NCBI RefSeq assembly: GCF_009914755.1
Contig: NC_060926.1
Direction: 5' to 3' (one strand)
DNA length: 64,000 bases
Origin: the human T2T-CHM13v2.0 reference genome, Homo sapiens
In this document: positions 16,331 through 35,840 of the stretch, piece after piece
Layout: every line of letters begins with the position of its first letter
How positions within the stretch are numbered: position 1 is the stretch's first letter
The notes under the pieces: model-generated
The model's database searches: none
Told to the model about the DNA's origin: nothing
What the model saw: only the letters and a program-made list of their open reading frames with translations
Program-made: the position numbers and the translations under genes

Positions 16331-16499
16331 ACTTTAAAGGTTAGAGGAGTGGACCGCACTCCCTACCTGGGGGATGTCGCTGTTGTCGTGCACCCTGGGA
16401 AAAAAGAGATGGGAACCCCACTCGCAGACACTCCTACCCGGCCCGTCACCCGGCATGGGGGCATGAGGGACCTTCACGAATCCAGCTTCAGCCTCTCTG
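16331..16499 (+). CDS. DPYSL5: DPYSL5 coding exon, 169 nt, TLKVRGVDRTPYLGDVAVVVHPGKKEMGTPLADTPTRPVTRHGGMRDLHESSFSLS(G)
   Basis: Acceptor tccttccctag, donor CTG|gtaaga; CRMP C-terminal tail motif RDLHESSFSLSG. Confidence 0.98.
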
Positions 16500-18324
16500 G
16501 TAAGAGTCAGGGGGCCACGGGAGGAGGATGGGGGTCTGGGAGAAGTGGCCCACCTAGGCAGTGGGACTTACGCCTGCTTTTCTTTTGTGTCCTCTCCTCC
16601 CTCCCGTTGCCTATTTCCAGGGATGAGTGCTGGTTTGGATATTAGACTCACATAGACATTAGTGGGGACAGGAGGGCTGTCCTGGTCCCTGGGCACAGAC
16701 GCTCTAATAGGCCATGGCCCACCTGGGGCTCTGCTCGGGGTTTCTAAGTTCAGATATTTTTGTCCCTTGAAACATCTTGAGGGCTGTGCACACAGTGGGT
16801 GCTCCAGAGATGCCCTGAGCTCAGAAGAGTCAGCCCTGTCTGTGGTTCACGGGACTGCACCGACCAGCCCTTCGCCCACCCCAGCCCACTCCTCACCAGC
16901 CTCTCTACTCCTTCTGCTACCCCCTCTCCTCCTCTGACCTTCCCACACCTTTCCCCGCCTTTGCCTCACCTTCACCTTCTTTTTTTTTTTTTTTTACCAG
17001 GAATTGTATTGTATATATTTTATTAACTTTAAGTAAAATATTTTCTCTCGACTTCTGATGCCCAGTTTTTTCTCTTATCTTTCTGTCCTTTGGGTCCTGG
17101 CCCCAGTCCTTCTGTGGAATCTCTGGGTTCCTTGGGGGGTGCGATCCCAGTTCTTAAAGCCACGATCTGCAGTTTCCCGCCCCCCCGTCCCCCCCCGCAC
17201 CCATCACCATGCGAGCCACGGGCTCATAAATGATGATCCTCAGTGGAGAACAAGCAGAGGCTGTAAGATGCCTCGGGCCTCCAGGTGGCTTAGGTGGGAA
17301 CTGTCACCACCACTTGCAGGGGGCTAGGACCCTGAGTCTCCCTGAGCACAGTTGAGCTGCCTTCAGGATAAGCCCAGAGAGAGACCAAGCACCCACTCAG
17401 TAAGGGCTGTGCTGGGATGGGTACGGCGAGAGGCGCAAGACCCTGGTCCTTCCACCCATAGCCTGGAGTTTACTGGGGGAGACAAGCCCCATACACAAAC
17501 CATCCTGCTGTGAGAACAGAGGGCTAAACCAGAGGGATGCCAATGGGTCAGTGCCTGCCTGCCCAGGCTCCTGTGCGCCCTGCTTTGGGCCAGGCGCAGC
17601 TTGTGGCAGAAGAGATGAGGTCCCTGTTGGAGGTGCTGGTAGCCCATGGGGAGGGGTCCTCTCTCAGGACCAGTCTCATTCCTGAGATGATGGCTCCGCT
17701 ACTCTGAGGGCCACTGCCACTCCCACCAGTGACGGGCCATGAGTGAAGTCAGAAAGGGACCCTGGCATGGAAGACTTGTTTATGCACACTCAGGTCTTGC
17801 CAGTCCCGGAGGCATGGACTCCCACCGCCTTCCTCCTGCAGCCAGACCCACGAGAGGCACCAAGACCCCAGAGCTGCAGGGCCCCTGCTGACCAGCAGCC
17901 TCCTCTTCTCCTGCCTGAGAGCCAAGACTGGGCAGAACCCCCGCTCAGACAGCAAACATCAGGCAGCCTGTCCCCTCCTCTCTACCCCAAATCTTGTCTG
18001 TTCTAAGCAGGCCAGGCTGAAGAATGTCCCACTGGGCTCTCCGGGGCACTAGACCCTCCCTTTCCCTCCCTTTGTGTTTTGTTTGTTTTTGTTTTTTTTT
18101 TTCAATCCTTCTCCTGTATAGACCCTCCCTTTGTAACTAAGTCATGGGATTTCAAGATGCGGGGCCTTTGGGCTGTGGTTCTTTCATTTTCCGAAACAAT
18201 GGCATACCCTCATTTTTCTCTCTCGCTTACTCACTGAGGCATATGTACAAAGGCCCATGTGCCAACAGGCTGGCCAATGACCTGCATGTACGAGAGACCG
18301 TATGCCTAGGCATGGGGCAGTGAA

Positions 18325-18485
18325 GTTGGCACAGTGGGCAGTTAATAATGTCGGCTCTGAATCAGGAAAACCTGGGTCCAAGTCCAGGCTCTGCCACTTA
18401 CACACTGCAACATGGGGCAAGTCACTTAACTTCCCTGAGCCTCTGTTCCTCATCTATAAGATGGGATGGAGTGGCTGTGAGGATT
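18325..18485 (+). mobile_element. MIR
   Basis: ggcaagtcacttaacttccctgagcctctgttcctcatctataa. Confidence 0.75.
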
Positions 18486-18585
18486 CACTCAGGCCATGCA
18501 CACAGTGAGCCTCCAGGAGAGGGTGTCTGTGGTTTGTTAGCAGGCACAAGAGCCCGTCTCACCCTCTGTGCTTCCTTCCCTGCAG

Positions 18586-18671
18586 GCTCTCAGATCGATG
18601 ACCATGTTCCAAAGCGAGCTTCAGCTCGGATCCTCGCTCCTCCCGGAGGAAGGTCGAGTGGCATTTGGTAA
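18586..18671 (+). CDS. DPYSL5: DPYSL5 last coding exon, GSQIDDHVPKRASARILAPPGGRSSGIW*
   Basis: Acceptor cttccctgcag; stop TAA at 18669-18671; the eight exons sum to 1026 nt (341 aa plus stop) in one frame. Confidence 0.98.
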
Positions 18672-19749
18672 AGGCATTGCCAAGCCCCCCGAGTGAGGAC
18701 GCACCGCCGCCACCAGCCCGCAACTCTCCAGCCGAAGCTGCAGGGGCAGGAGAGGCTGGGCTGGGTGGCACACCACCCGAGGGGGGCCCCGGGACCCACG
18801 GAGCCCTCCCTATGTCTGCAAAGTGATTCACTGTGCTTCGAGCCAACTCTAACAGGCACTTTGAGATGTGTTCCTCCTGCTGTAGTCCTTTCTGCCTTGG
18901 CCTCGGCGGGCTTTTCTGGGGCCCAGGAAGCCCACACTATGCACAGAGCCCAATGCATAGAGCCCTGGCCAGCCCTTCCTCTCACTCCTGCCTCCGCTGG
19001 CTTTGGGAAAGCCCAGACTTTAGTGCCCTGCCCCCTGGCTGACTGGCCAGTTGCCCAGAGCACTTTAGCAGATGTGGTTTCAAAGTAAAGGCCTCCTCCC
19101 CCACCCCTTAGGCCCCGTGGTGACATTTCCCAAGTCAGACAGATGTCAGCTTCCCAGCCATGCCCAGGACGTCCTATCTCCCCCAACCCACCTCTGGCCC
19201 TGTGTAGGGGCAGGGATGGGGGTGGCTGGGACTCCTGGTGCCCCTCGCCAGCTTCTCCTGCGCCCCGCCCACACCCTCGGGGGGGTCACAGGCCCAGAAG
19301 GGTAGCTGGGCGGGGCTCGAGGCTGGTGCCAGGCGCGTGTAAATGGTTTTGTTTTGCACGTTTGGTTTGCGCAGTAGTTTGGTTTGACTTGTTTGTGCAT
19401 CCTGTGAAAAATAACGGTGCTTGTGTCACTAGCATAGAATAGCGACAGGAATAGATGTGGTCCTTAGGAGACGCTGCACTTGACACCAACCAGACAGCAC
19501 AGGGCAGGGGTGGTGGAGGGGGCTGGGCTCACAGGCCTCTCTTTTCCCCGCCTGCAGTCTTCTGGGCTGCGGGAGGCCCTGGCCCTTTCCCCTTCCCCTC
19601 CCCTCCTTGTCTAGTTTCCCACATTCCAAAAGGGGGCCTGGGATGCTAGCCCCAGAGATGCCAGCCCTTCAGGAAGCAGGTGTCCTTTCCCCTCTCTGCC
19701 CCTGATCACTCCCAGCACTCCCCTTGCCTTCCCCTGTCTTCACCTGCCA

Positions 19750-19750
<1 letters not shown>

Positions 19751-19786
<36 letters not shown>
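19751..19786 (+). repeat. (CA)n in the DPYSL5 3'UTR
   Basis: Seen directly. Confidence 0.95.
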
Positions 19787-19788
<2 letters not shown>

Positions 19789-20251
19789 TGGCTTCCTATA
19801 ACTTCTTCCTGCTGGACAGAGACTCAGCGCTCCTCCTGTGTGACTGGCAAGAGGCCTCATGCCTGCTGAGAGAGGAGGAGTGGGAGAGGGGCTTGCCAGA
19901 CACCAGAGAGGGAGACCCCAGGCCCACAGGACCTGGCTGTCGAACCCGCATTGCTGCTCAGGTGCCGTGATCTCCCGTGGTCGGCACCAGGCCCTTGCCA
20001 GCTCATGGCCTCATCTTCTCCCCTGTCCATCCAGGTGGGCCCTCCCTGCTTCTAAAGCCCCACAGAAGTTCCCATGGAAACACTAGAGGCCGGGTGTCTC
20101 CTTCCACCTCCAGTGATCTGGGAAGTGACCCAGCCGCCTGCCCTTGTTAAGCCTGGTCTGCCCCGTGGGAAGTGACTTCATGTTGCACATGTGATTTCAG
20201 CCCCCGAGGCTTGCGCGAGGCTTCTGGACCCTCGGTTAAAGGTCAGCCCCT

Positions 20252-20710
<459 letters not shown>

Positions 20711-21599
20711 AAGTGTCTGTGATGACCCTCCCAACCTTGGCTATCTACCCCACCTGTGGAGAGGAGGTCTGGGGTGACATCTATTGTAGATCCCACCTGA
20801 GAGTTTAACCAATGAGAAGACTTACTTTCCTGGTAGGCAGCCTGCTTTGTTTTGCACAGGAAGATAGATTTTTTTTCTCATCTTTCTTATAAACAACCTC
20901 ATGCACATTCTGTGTTTGAGCCAAGACTAGTCACCCATTGGGGGCTAACCGTGCAGTGTGAGCTGCGTCCACACCCTCACTTCTCCCTTCACTCCCCCTT
21001 TCCTCACTCAGGGGCTGAGAGGACAGAGGTGGTCAGCCGGGGAGCAGAGGTGGCGAAGGGGCTCATGGCAAGTGGCAGCCATTGGAACAGGGGTGAGGAC
21101 CCAGGCCTGGGAAAGCCACCAGGGATGGGGGAAACCATGACGCCGCCTCCTGGTGCAGTGCACACCATCTCTATCCCTGTCAGCCCTCACTGGGTCATGG
21201 GCCTTGGGCAGATGTCAAAGAGCCCAGCAGCAGCGGTGGTGGCCAGCTGGGCAGAGCATCCTTGCTTGGGCTAGGAAAGCTTTACCTTCTCTGAGTGCCT
21301 CCGCCTGAGAGATGTGTGACCCGTGGCACCAGGGAACCACGTCTTGGAGTGGTCCACTGTAGGCCATGCGCTTCATCCACCCCCAGTCCCTACATAGGCC
21401 CTACCCTTGCCCGGGAGCTTCTAGATAGAAATCAGAAAGAGATTCAAGGAGCCAAATGAGCGGTCAGCCCCCACCATGCACTCCTTGCCCCGTGCAGAGC
21501 TCCAGCCAGCTTCGTCACCAGCCCCACTGGCTCCTGGTTGGAACGAAAGGGTCTCTGGTTGCACTGAATGCAGCTCTCAAACTGGTCTTGTACTTGCTG

Positions 21600-21605
21600 A
21601 ATAAA
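21600..21605 (+). terminator. DPYSL5: Proximal poly(A) signal AATAAA
   Basis: AATAAA with an upstream TGTA and downstream T/GT-rich sequence. Confidence 0.65.
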
Positions 21606-22004
21606 TACTGTTGTTCTTGCCTTAGCTGCTCTCTAGGTTTGTGGGGTTAAGTTGCCAGAAAATTGTGCTACTGTGTGTGCGTGTGCGTGCGTGTGTGTAG
21701 TGCTAGGAGTCCACAGTAGGTCTCTGTCAAGCCGATGTCGTGATGAGGGCTTTTCTGATACTGACCCAGAAGCCACAGAACCACAAGGAAACCCAAACCC
21801 CCTCCAGCTGCTGAGGCGCAGGCACAGCCTGGGGTCGGATGGAGCCTCCAGCACCCCAGCACCCAGGTGACTTCCCCACTCCCCTGTAAATGTCATGGTG
21901 CTAAGACTGTGTCAACCCCAAGACGACACATGGTCCTGTGCTTTGGCCACCGTTTGAGGCAAAAACTAAACAGCCCGACACGTTGTGTTCTGGTGCAGGT
22001 TTGT

Positions 22005-22010
22005 ATTAAA
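22005..22010 (+). terminator. DPYSL5: Distal poly(A) signal ATTAAA
   Basis: TGTATTAAA followed about 25 nt later by GT-rich ctctgttgtgtttc. Confidence 0.75.
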
Positions 22011-22642
22011 CTGTAGCTACTTCTCACTTGGACTCTGTTGTGTTTCTTCAAAGAGAAGGGAGTTTGGCAGAGATCTCTTCTACGGTGGCTGGGCAAGGCT
22101 TCAGTTGCTAAGAAAAGGCAGCTTTGATCTGTCTCTCCTATTGGGTGGCAGCTCACTGGGAGGCTTGTGCAGAGACTGGATTTTTTTTTTTTTTAATTCT
22201 GAGAGACAGGAGCCCCAGTGGTGCCAGATTTCCAGGGACAAGGTTGCCAAATTATCTGAAATAATTAGGAGGAAGAATTAGATGCAAAAGGGAAAAAAAC
22301 TAGACTCACTCCATCTACCTATAGTCGCGTATTCTCTTGGCTACCATTTTGGAAGCCCATAGCCACCTCTCCACTCGGCAGAACGTTTGGCTGATGGAAC
22401 GATGGCCTCATAAAAAAAAAAATCACAAGACAAAGCGCTGTCCCAAGGCCAATATGCCTTTGAAGGACCTTCCAGCTGCTCTCCGGCTGTCTAGAACCCC
22501 GCTTTTGGAGTTGGCCCTCTGTAGTCTCAACCCCATCCATTGCATTGAGACCCCTCTACCTTCCCTCTAGAGCTCAGTCAGATGTTAGGAGGATTATCTG
22601 ATTAAACTCTTTCACACTAAAGGGTAAAACTGTGGCTTCTAA

Positions 22643-22960
<318 letters not shown>

Positions 22961-23439
22961 CTAGTACTATGTGGTCACTGTACTTATTTCTTAACATTAA
23001 AATTCGAAGGTTGAGATGGATTTGCCAGCTTGAGATGGATGCCGAGTCCCTGCAATGTATTGGGCCAAAGTGTCTGTTACCCTGTTTTCCCACAACAGGA
23101 GAGCACACCAGAATTGGGTTAACTGCCAAAAATCCATTGGGTTTGGATGAAAAAATATGACCACACATTTGGCACAAGGCGTCTATCAGGCAGTCTACAG
23201 GGAAAAAATAAAAGATACCCAGGAAGACATAGGGTGCCTTTTTATGTATGTAGTTGTAGAAAAATCAAAGACCACAGACTCAGACTTTAAAATAAGGCTT
23301 GATCATTTATGAGAATCCGGATTTGGAGAAACCACACCAGTCAGCAGCTAGGCAGCCACCAGCCTCTATTTTCTAACTCAGAATTACAGACTGACCTCTG
23401 TACACCGGTAGAGACTAACGCTAAGAATTGCATTGTGGT

Positions 23440-23655
23440 CGGCCAGTCACAGTGGCTCACGCCTGTAATCCTAGCACTTTGGGAGGCCAAGGCGGGAGGA
23501 TTGCCTGAGCTCAGGAGTTCAAGACCAGCCTGCGCAACACAGTGAAACCCAGTCTCTATTAAAATACAAAAAATTAGCCGAGCGTGGCGGTGGGATCACA
23601 CCACTGCACTCCAGCCTGGGCGACAAAGCGAGACTGTCTCAAAAAAAAAAAAAAA
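23440..23655 (+). mobile_element. Alu with a right-arm deletion
   Basis: Jumps from gtggcggtgg to gatcacaccactgc. Confidence 0.85.
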
Positions 23656-23928
23656 TTGCTTTTTAGTCAGTGGAAGACACAGGGTCTCATGACACCCAGG
23701 TGTGAAGAAGAAACCTCATGATATGTAGGGGCTGGTAGACCTTAGAGTCCTAAGTTAATAACAGGCTATTTGACAGTGTTGTAACAACAGACATTTGAAA
23801 GGGCTCTTAGAGCTTTCCCAGTAGAACAGTAAAGGATCTGGCATTTTGCTGACACTGGGTACTGTCTTATGATGGAAAGTGAGTTCTTTACTTTCCCTTC
23901 TGGATTTACAACCATACATTTAGAACTA

Positions 23929-24060
23929 GAGGGACCAGATGTCTTGGTTTGCTCAGGGCAATCCTGGTTTAAGTCTATTGCCCCAGAATAATTATTAACA
24001 GTGTCCACTTTCACTGTCAAACATGTCCTGGTTTGTATAATAAATTACATGGTCACTTTC
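23929..24060. mobile_element. MER94-like hAT MITE
   Basis: aggg.acca...aataattattaa...tggtcac. Confidence 0.55.
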
Positions 24061-24595
24061 TGTATACCTATACATTCATTGGGCTATTACTGTGCCTGTC
24101 CAGGAGTTAAAAATTTTTCCATTGCTGAAAGACAAGACATGGCATTGTAAGAGATGCGGAAGATGGGTCCTTCCACAGTGGGTGGTGACTTAGGGGTTTG
24201 CATGACAAGCCCAGCGTCTTCACACAGCTCTTGGAGGCTTGATGAGTCTCAGTAGCCGGGGATGCCACAGGGTGGGGAAGGCCTGCAAATGCTTTTCTAA
24301 GCTTTTTCAGTTTGCCTCGTAGACCTCATTGTTCCATTAGAAGCTGTAAGCCTACCAAATTCTATCATTCGCTTTTAAGGTGACTTTGATTCCATTTATG
24401 AACTTGAACACCTTACAACATTTTCAACTACATTTAAAATTTGATTTCCCTTTTAAATACCTTTCCTGAGTACCAAATAATTATTACCAATCTAATAAAT
24501 TAAACTTATAAATATACTGAGTTTCACACTTTATTAGTTGTTTTGATGCTAAGAATAAACAATATTTCAACCTAAAATTAGAAGTTTTAAGTTAC

Positions 24596-24597
<2 letters not shown>

Positions 24598-24630
<33 letters not shown>

Positions 24631-24912
24631 AGACAGAGTCTTGCTCTGTCTGTCATCCAGGCTGGAGTGCAGTGGAGGATCTCGGCTCACTGCAACCTCC
24701 GCCTCCTGGGTTCAAGCAATTCTCCTGCCTCAACCTCCCAAGTAGCTGGGATTACAGGCACCTACCACCACGCCCAGCTAGTTTTTGTATTTTCAGTTGA
24801 GATGAGGTTTCACCATGTTGTCCAGGCTGGTCTTGAACTCCTGACCGCGTGATCTGCCCGCCTCAGCCTCCCAAAGTGCTGGGATTACAGGTGTGCACCA
24901 CTGCGCTTGGCC
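24598..24912 (-). mobile_element. AluS
   Basis: TSD aagttacac. Confidence 0.93.
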
Positions 24913-25119
24913 AAGTTACACATTTTAAGTTAATTATGAGATGCTCACTTTAATAGCCCAAAAAGTTCTCATAGAAATAAATAAAATACCAAATATGCCC
25001 AGATTTCCAATTAATACAAAAATTTTGACACTATGGGCTTGGTTCTTTAAAAACTTTTATTTTCTTAATTCTATACCTCCTGCCAGTTATAAGCTCTCAC
25101 TGGGCTTTAGCTTTGAGTC

Positions 25120-25426
25120 TTTTCTTTTTTATTTTATTTATTTATTTTTTGAGACAGAGTCTTGCTCTGTCACCCAGACTGGAGTGCAGTGATGCGATTA
25201 CAGCTCACTGTGGCCTCGACCTCCAGGCTCAGGTAATCCTACCACCTCAGCCTCTAGAGTACCTGGGATCACAGGTGTGCACCACTGCACCTGGCTAATT
25301 TTTGTATTTTTTGTAGAGACTGGGTTTCCCTATGTTGCCCAGGCTGGTCTCAAACTCCTGGGCTCAGGCTATCCACCAGTCTCCCAAAGTGCTAGGATTA
25401 CAGGTGTGACCCACCACGCCTGGCCT
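25120..25426 (-). mobile_element. AluJ-like
   Basis: Antisense, diverged. Confidence 0.9.
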
Positions 25427-25699
25427 CAAGTCTTTTCTTGATGACAAGTCAACTCCTAGAGGGTGCAAGGAAGGTCTGCTTACCAGCTCCACTCCAATCT
25501 CAAATTTCCAGTGCACCTAATTTTCACTTTACCACTACCTGGTCATCTACAATAACTGAATGCACAGTTATTAGTGCAATGTGTGTATATATCACTTCTA
25601 GCCCAGTGAGTTCTGCCTCCTTTAAAAATGTTTAAATAAATTAGATCCTTTGTATTTTAAGGTTTCCTTACATTTAAAGCAACACATTCTATCCCTGTG

Positions 25700-26230
25700 T
25701 AGCTTTTTTTAAATTGACTATTTTTTAGAAAAGTCTGATTTACAGCTGCACAGATAGTGCGGAGTTTCCATCTACTCCACACCCGGCCTCCCCTATTACT
25801 AACATCCTACATTAGCATGTTAAAATCAGTGAGCCAACACTGATACATTATCATTAATTAAAGTCCATGCCTATTCAGATTTCCTAAGTTTTTATCGAAT
25901 GTCCCTTTTCTGATCCAGGATCTCCTCCAGGACACCACATTACATTTAGTTGTCATGTCTCCTGAGGCTCTGTGGACTGTGACAGTTTCTCAGACTTCCC
26001 TTGTTTTTGATGACCTTGACAAGTTTTGAGAAATATTGTTCAGAGATTTTATAGAATACTCTCTACTGGAATTTGTCTGTTGTTTTTCTAAATGGTTAGG
26101 CTGGTGTTAAGAGTTTTTAAAAGGAAGACCATAAAAGCAAGGTGCCGTTCTCCTCACGTCGCATCAAGGGTATATACTATGAAAATGACCTATTACTGAT
26201 GATGTTGACTTTGATCACCTGGCTAAAGTC
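25700..26230 (-). mobile_element. L1MB/MC 3' end fragment
   Basis: caccacattacatttagttgtcatgtctcc and flanking L1-like sequence. Confidence 0.65.
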
Positions 26231-26359
26231 GGATCTACCTTTTCAAATTTATATGGTTCCCTTTTATGAGCTAAAAGCTTCTCTTTTTACAGTATGTGAC
26301 TTCTTTAAGCAACTAAATATGGTTTGTATTGCTATACTAAGTTTTTCCGGTGTTTGCTA

Positions 26360-26817
<458 letters not shown>

Positions 26818-27489
26818 TCATGGGTCAAAATTTAAGCTTTAATTTAGGGATTTACACACACACACACACACACGCATTTACATGCAGACACACAGAGAGG
26901 CTCAGTTTAACTACATAACCAACTTTGTAAAGCCTTTGAATAACAAGTGTCCATTACCTTAAAGCTATTTAAGTCCAAACTTCCAAAATCCAATCTGAAA
27001 TTCTAGGAAAAGAAAAACAGAGACTAACCAGGTAAAATTAATAAGCAACTGTTAAGAAAGTATAATTTATTATTTTAATGCTATCCAGAAAGCTGTTGAA
27101 GCTTTCTATTGATTTACATAACTTCAGATTATGTGAGTTTTATTGAACAAATTGATAAAGCACACATTTTTCCAACTGTGATGCATTTCAGTAGCAATAT
27201 CCTATACTGCTATCAAAATCCCACATTTGACATCACATTTACAAAAAGCTTTAGCTATTAGCTTTAGTGCAGAAACTCAAATTTTTTTTCCTTTTGGAAT
27301 ATTTCTAGCCATGAAACTCAAATTCTCATTGAAATCATTTATGCAATATCCAAAATTCCTGATTTCACATTCTGCATTAATTTATCACCTCGAGGGGGAA
27401 AAAAGATCGCTTCACACTGAAAACAGTTGCTTACAATTATGCATATTTAAATTTCATCATCTGCTCAGTGCCTCTTGCTTTATTGGAAT

Positions 27490-27785
27490 TTTTTTTCTTT
27501 TGGATACAGGGTCTGCCACTGTTACCCAGGCTGGAGTGCAGTGGTGCAATCACCTCTCACTGCAGCCCCGACCTTCTGGGCTCAGTCGATCCTCCCGCCT
27601 CAGCTTCCAGAGTAGCTGGGACCACAGGCATGCACCATCACTCCCAGCTAATTTTTCAATTTTATAGTAGAGACAGGGTCTCCCTATGTTGCCCAAGCTG
27701 GTCTAGAACTCCCATGCTCAAGCGATCCTCCCGCCTTGGCCTCCCAAAGTGTTGGGATTACAGGCGTGAGCAACTATGCCTCATT
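27490..27785 (-). mobile_element. AluJ-like
   Basis: Antisense Alu. Confidence 0.9.
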
Positions 27786-27817
27786 TTACTGGAATTCTTG
27801 ATTTTAAAATATCCTCT

Positions 27818-28106
<289 letters not shown>

Positions 28107-28446
28107 TCCTCTGAAGTTTTACAGTCTAAGTTTACCCTGAAGAGAGTTATTGTCTTTTGATCAGTCCCCAGTGATGCCAAGTTTCAAGACACTGCAGGGG
28201 TTAATTTCAGTAAAATAGACTGCCCCCGGGGATAGACTTTGATTCCTTTACTGCTGAGGAATCAGAGCTGCTGGAGAACAACTTCTCTTGGGGAGGACGG
28301 TGGGCATTTTGAGTCCTAAAGGGAAGGAAACTTCAGTGGCAGTGCTTTGACGGCCCCTTCCCATCTTGCACGCATCTGACAGAAGGGTTCCTGGCGTGCA
28401 CAGAAGAGGAAAGCTGGAGGCTCCATCACTGGTATTTTAGGACTAG

Positions 28447-28816
<370 letters not shown>

Positions 28817-28819
28817 AAT

Positions 28820-31230
<2,411 letters not shown>

Positions 31231-31739
31231 TGAGAAAATCCTGCCCAGCAGGCTAGAATAGCCACCTGCCCTCAGTATTTGCCTGTTTGTAACAAAAAGC
31301 TATAAATGCTCAGCTGAAAGAGGTTCTTGGGAATGGCAGAACAACCAAAAGTTTGCCCTGGCTCTTGATAAAGAGCTGAAGAAGAAAAGATTTGCAAGAA
31401 GAATGAAATCATGGCTTTTCTGAGTTTGCAGATTTCTTGCACACATCTAATTAAACCTCTGCAGAAATTTCTACCACATCCCTAACCAATCATCTAACTC
31501 AGGACGCAGGATGTTTAGCCCAGTGACGGCGTGCCTTCAGCAGGCATATATCACACTCCCCGCAAGTTCTATTTATTCAGTATCATTTCCTTAACTGAAA
31601 CTAAATTATCTATCTTCAGCTTGTGCCCCTTTATCCTAACTCTTCCTATGAAGGCACACAGAACAATCTTATTCATAAACAGCTCTTCCAATTTCACACA
31701 TTATTGCAGTCTTTACTTCTGCCCACTACATTCATGCTT

Positions 31740-32161
<422 letters not shown>

Positions 32162-33560
32162 ACCATCCTTATCTTAAAATGTGGCACCAACCCTCCAGAA
32201 TGGAGTTTTCTGACTGAAGGTGCCCAGAGAGAGTGCTCACCCATGCAGAGGAAAGGACCAAAGGGGCTTTGCAGAAGCAAAGACAATGCCCCGCTAGCTC
32301 TTGATAACCTGAGCAGCTGATGAACTCAGCATGTGCCCAGGAGTCCCCTCAGGACTTCCGGAGAGCAGCTGGGGCACCTTCCCTCCGTAGCGCGTTACAT
32401 CCAGGACAGTCAAGAATCCCAGCCAGCCTGTTAGGTGACCGACGCAGGCCCTCGCTGAGCAGCAAGCAGAACTGCTGCCCTTGCCTGGGTTCTCCAAGAG
32501 CCTGGGATCCTCCCCGGCCCTCAGACAGCCTCTTCCCCCACAGAGCAAGGCGTTTCGGGGGCTGTGAGGTGAGTTTCCTGAGAGTGAGTGAAAGGAGCGA
32601 CTTTGGGGATTAACTGTCTTGGACACATCTTCCCTCCAGACGTCTACTTCCCAACCTCTCAATCTTTTTTGCCTCCCTTCCACACTCATTGGTGCGTCCC
32701 TTAAATTTATTTCATCGTTTTGTTTTTCTGGATTACCTGCCACAGCCTTTCTGTTCATCTCTCCACAGTCAGACCTGGGATCTGAACCCTGAGCTGACAG
32801 AGATGCTGAGAATCTGGCCTTCTGCTGCTCCGAAAGGATTGGGGATGTGGCAGGCCATGCCCGCTTGGGAGGTCAGTTCACCAGGAGCGACTGTCCTCAG
32901 TGCCTGTGCCCCCAGACTGAGGAAGAAGGAGATGCTAAGGGTAGCCTTTCATATCACATACAAAGAGCCTGGGAAGATGAGATGGAGGTGAGGAGGAGAG
33001 GCATTCAATCCAGAGGGAAAAGGGAAGTAATGCTTATTAAACGCCTACTGTATGCTAAGTACTTTGCTATACACGTATGTGTTACTGATTTAAGGTTGGA
33101 GTGGGGCTGAAATTCCCTGTAACTATTGGCCCATGGGATTAAAGACTGTTCTGTCTTGGAAGATAATCATGACTGATGAGCCTCTGAGGACGGAGGGTGA
33201 AGATTTTTAAAACTACCCTCAAGCATGAGCCCTAATACCCTCAGCCAACCCGGGTTATGGTGCTTCTCCTAAGGCCATGAATTCCAGCCTGGGGAAGAGC
33301 TGGGAACAGCTGGAGAGGCAGAGGATTCCAGGAACGTGAAGCCCTAGCCAGTAACCTCCTGTGGAGAGTGACTTCACCCCCAGGCGGCCAGAGCAGCAGC
33401 TGCTGAAAACCGAAAATGCCAGGAAGATCCATCTTCCCCTGCCCCTGGCCACCTCCAGGCTGGCTTCCTCTTCTGCGTGGTCTCTGTCTGGTTTGGCATT
33501 TCTCTGCTCCCCAAGTCCTGGATCTTGTGGGATGGCCCGTGGCCACTGTACTACCTGTAA

Positions 33561-33579
33561 AGGCCTCCAGATGGCGCTT
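33561..33579 (+). promoter_or_regulatory. Candidate CTCF site
   Basis: AGGCCTCCAGATGGCGCTT versus core CC(A/T)CYAGRTGGCGC. Confidence 0.55.
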
Positions 33580-33796
33580 TCAGCTCATCAGTGGTCGCTG
33601 CTTTGGCTTACGATGTGAACAGATAAAGCTGAAGGAATGGCAGGTGTGTCCAGGTTACCAGGCCCCAATCCCTGCCCCCAGAGCAGCTCAGGCTCCGTCT
33701 GCCTCGAGTGCGAGTGAGTGGCCATAGCAGCCTTCTCCCGTCTGGAGCTCCCTGGAGGAAGCTGTCCCTTTCAAGACCAATCTCAGAATTTAGGAT

Positions 33797-34300
<504 letters not shown>

Positions 34301-34459
34301 GTTTAGGTTTATTTACAGGAGTTCTCCACCTTCTGTCTAATCCATGCTTATAGAACATCTACCAGGCATGTGTGAGACATGACAACAGGAAGCAAGTGTA
34401 GCTCCTGCATTTAGAGGTGAGTTTGAAAAAAGACATGTTGACACACAAGAAAATGTAGG

Positions 34460-35840
<1,381 letters not shown>

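Noticed and set aside
18590-19186. 198-aa minus-strand ORF over the DPYSL5 3'UTR
   Set aside because: Chance ORF in GC-rich sequence with no recognisable homology.
22430-22455. REST/NRSE half-site (GGACAGCGCT on the minus strand)
   Set aside because: The left half TTCAGCACC is missing.
23099-24345. Plus-strand exon-like pieces with kinase-like (LAQGVYQAVYR) or HAT-repeat-like (TFERALRAFP) words
   Set aside because: Phases do not join, acceptors are weak, stops are present, and such short matches are expected by chance.
32241-33452. C-type-lectin-like words (CSGYQELAGHCLCF, YWLGL) on the minus strand
   Set aside because: Wrong order for one domain, different frames, and the remaining CTLD motifs are absent.
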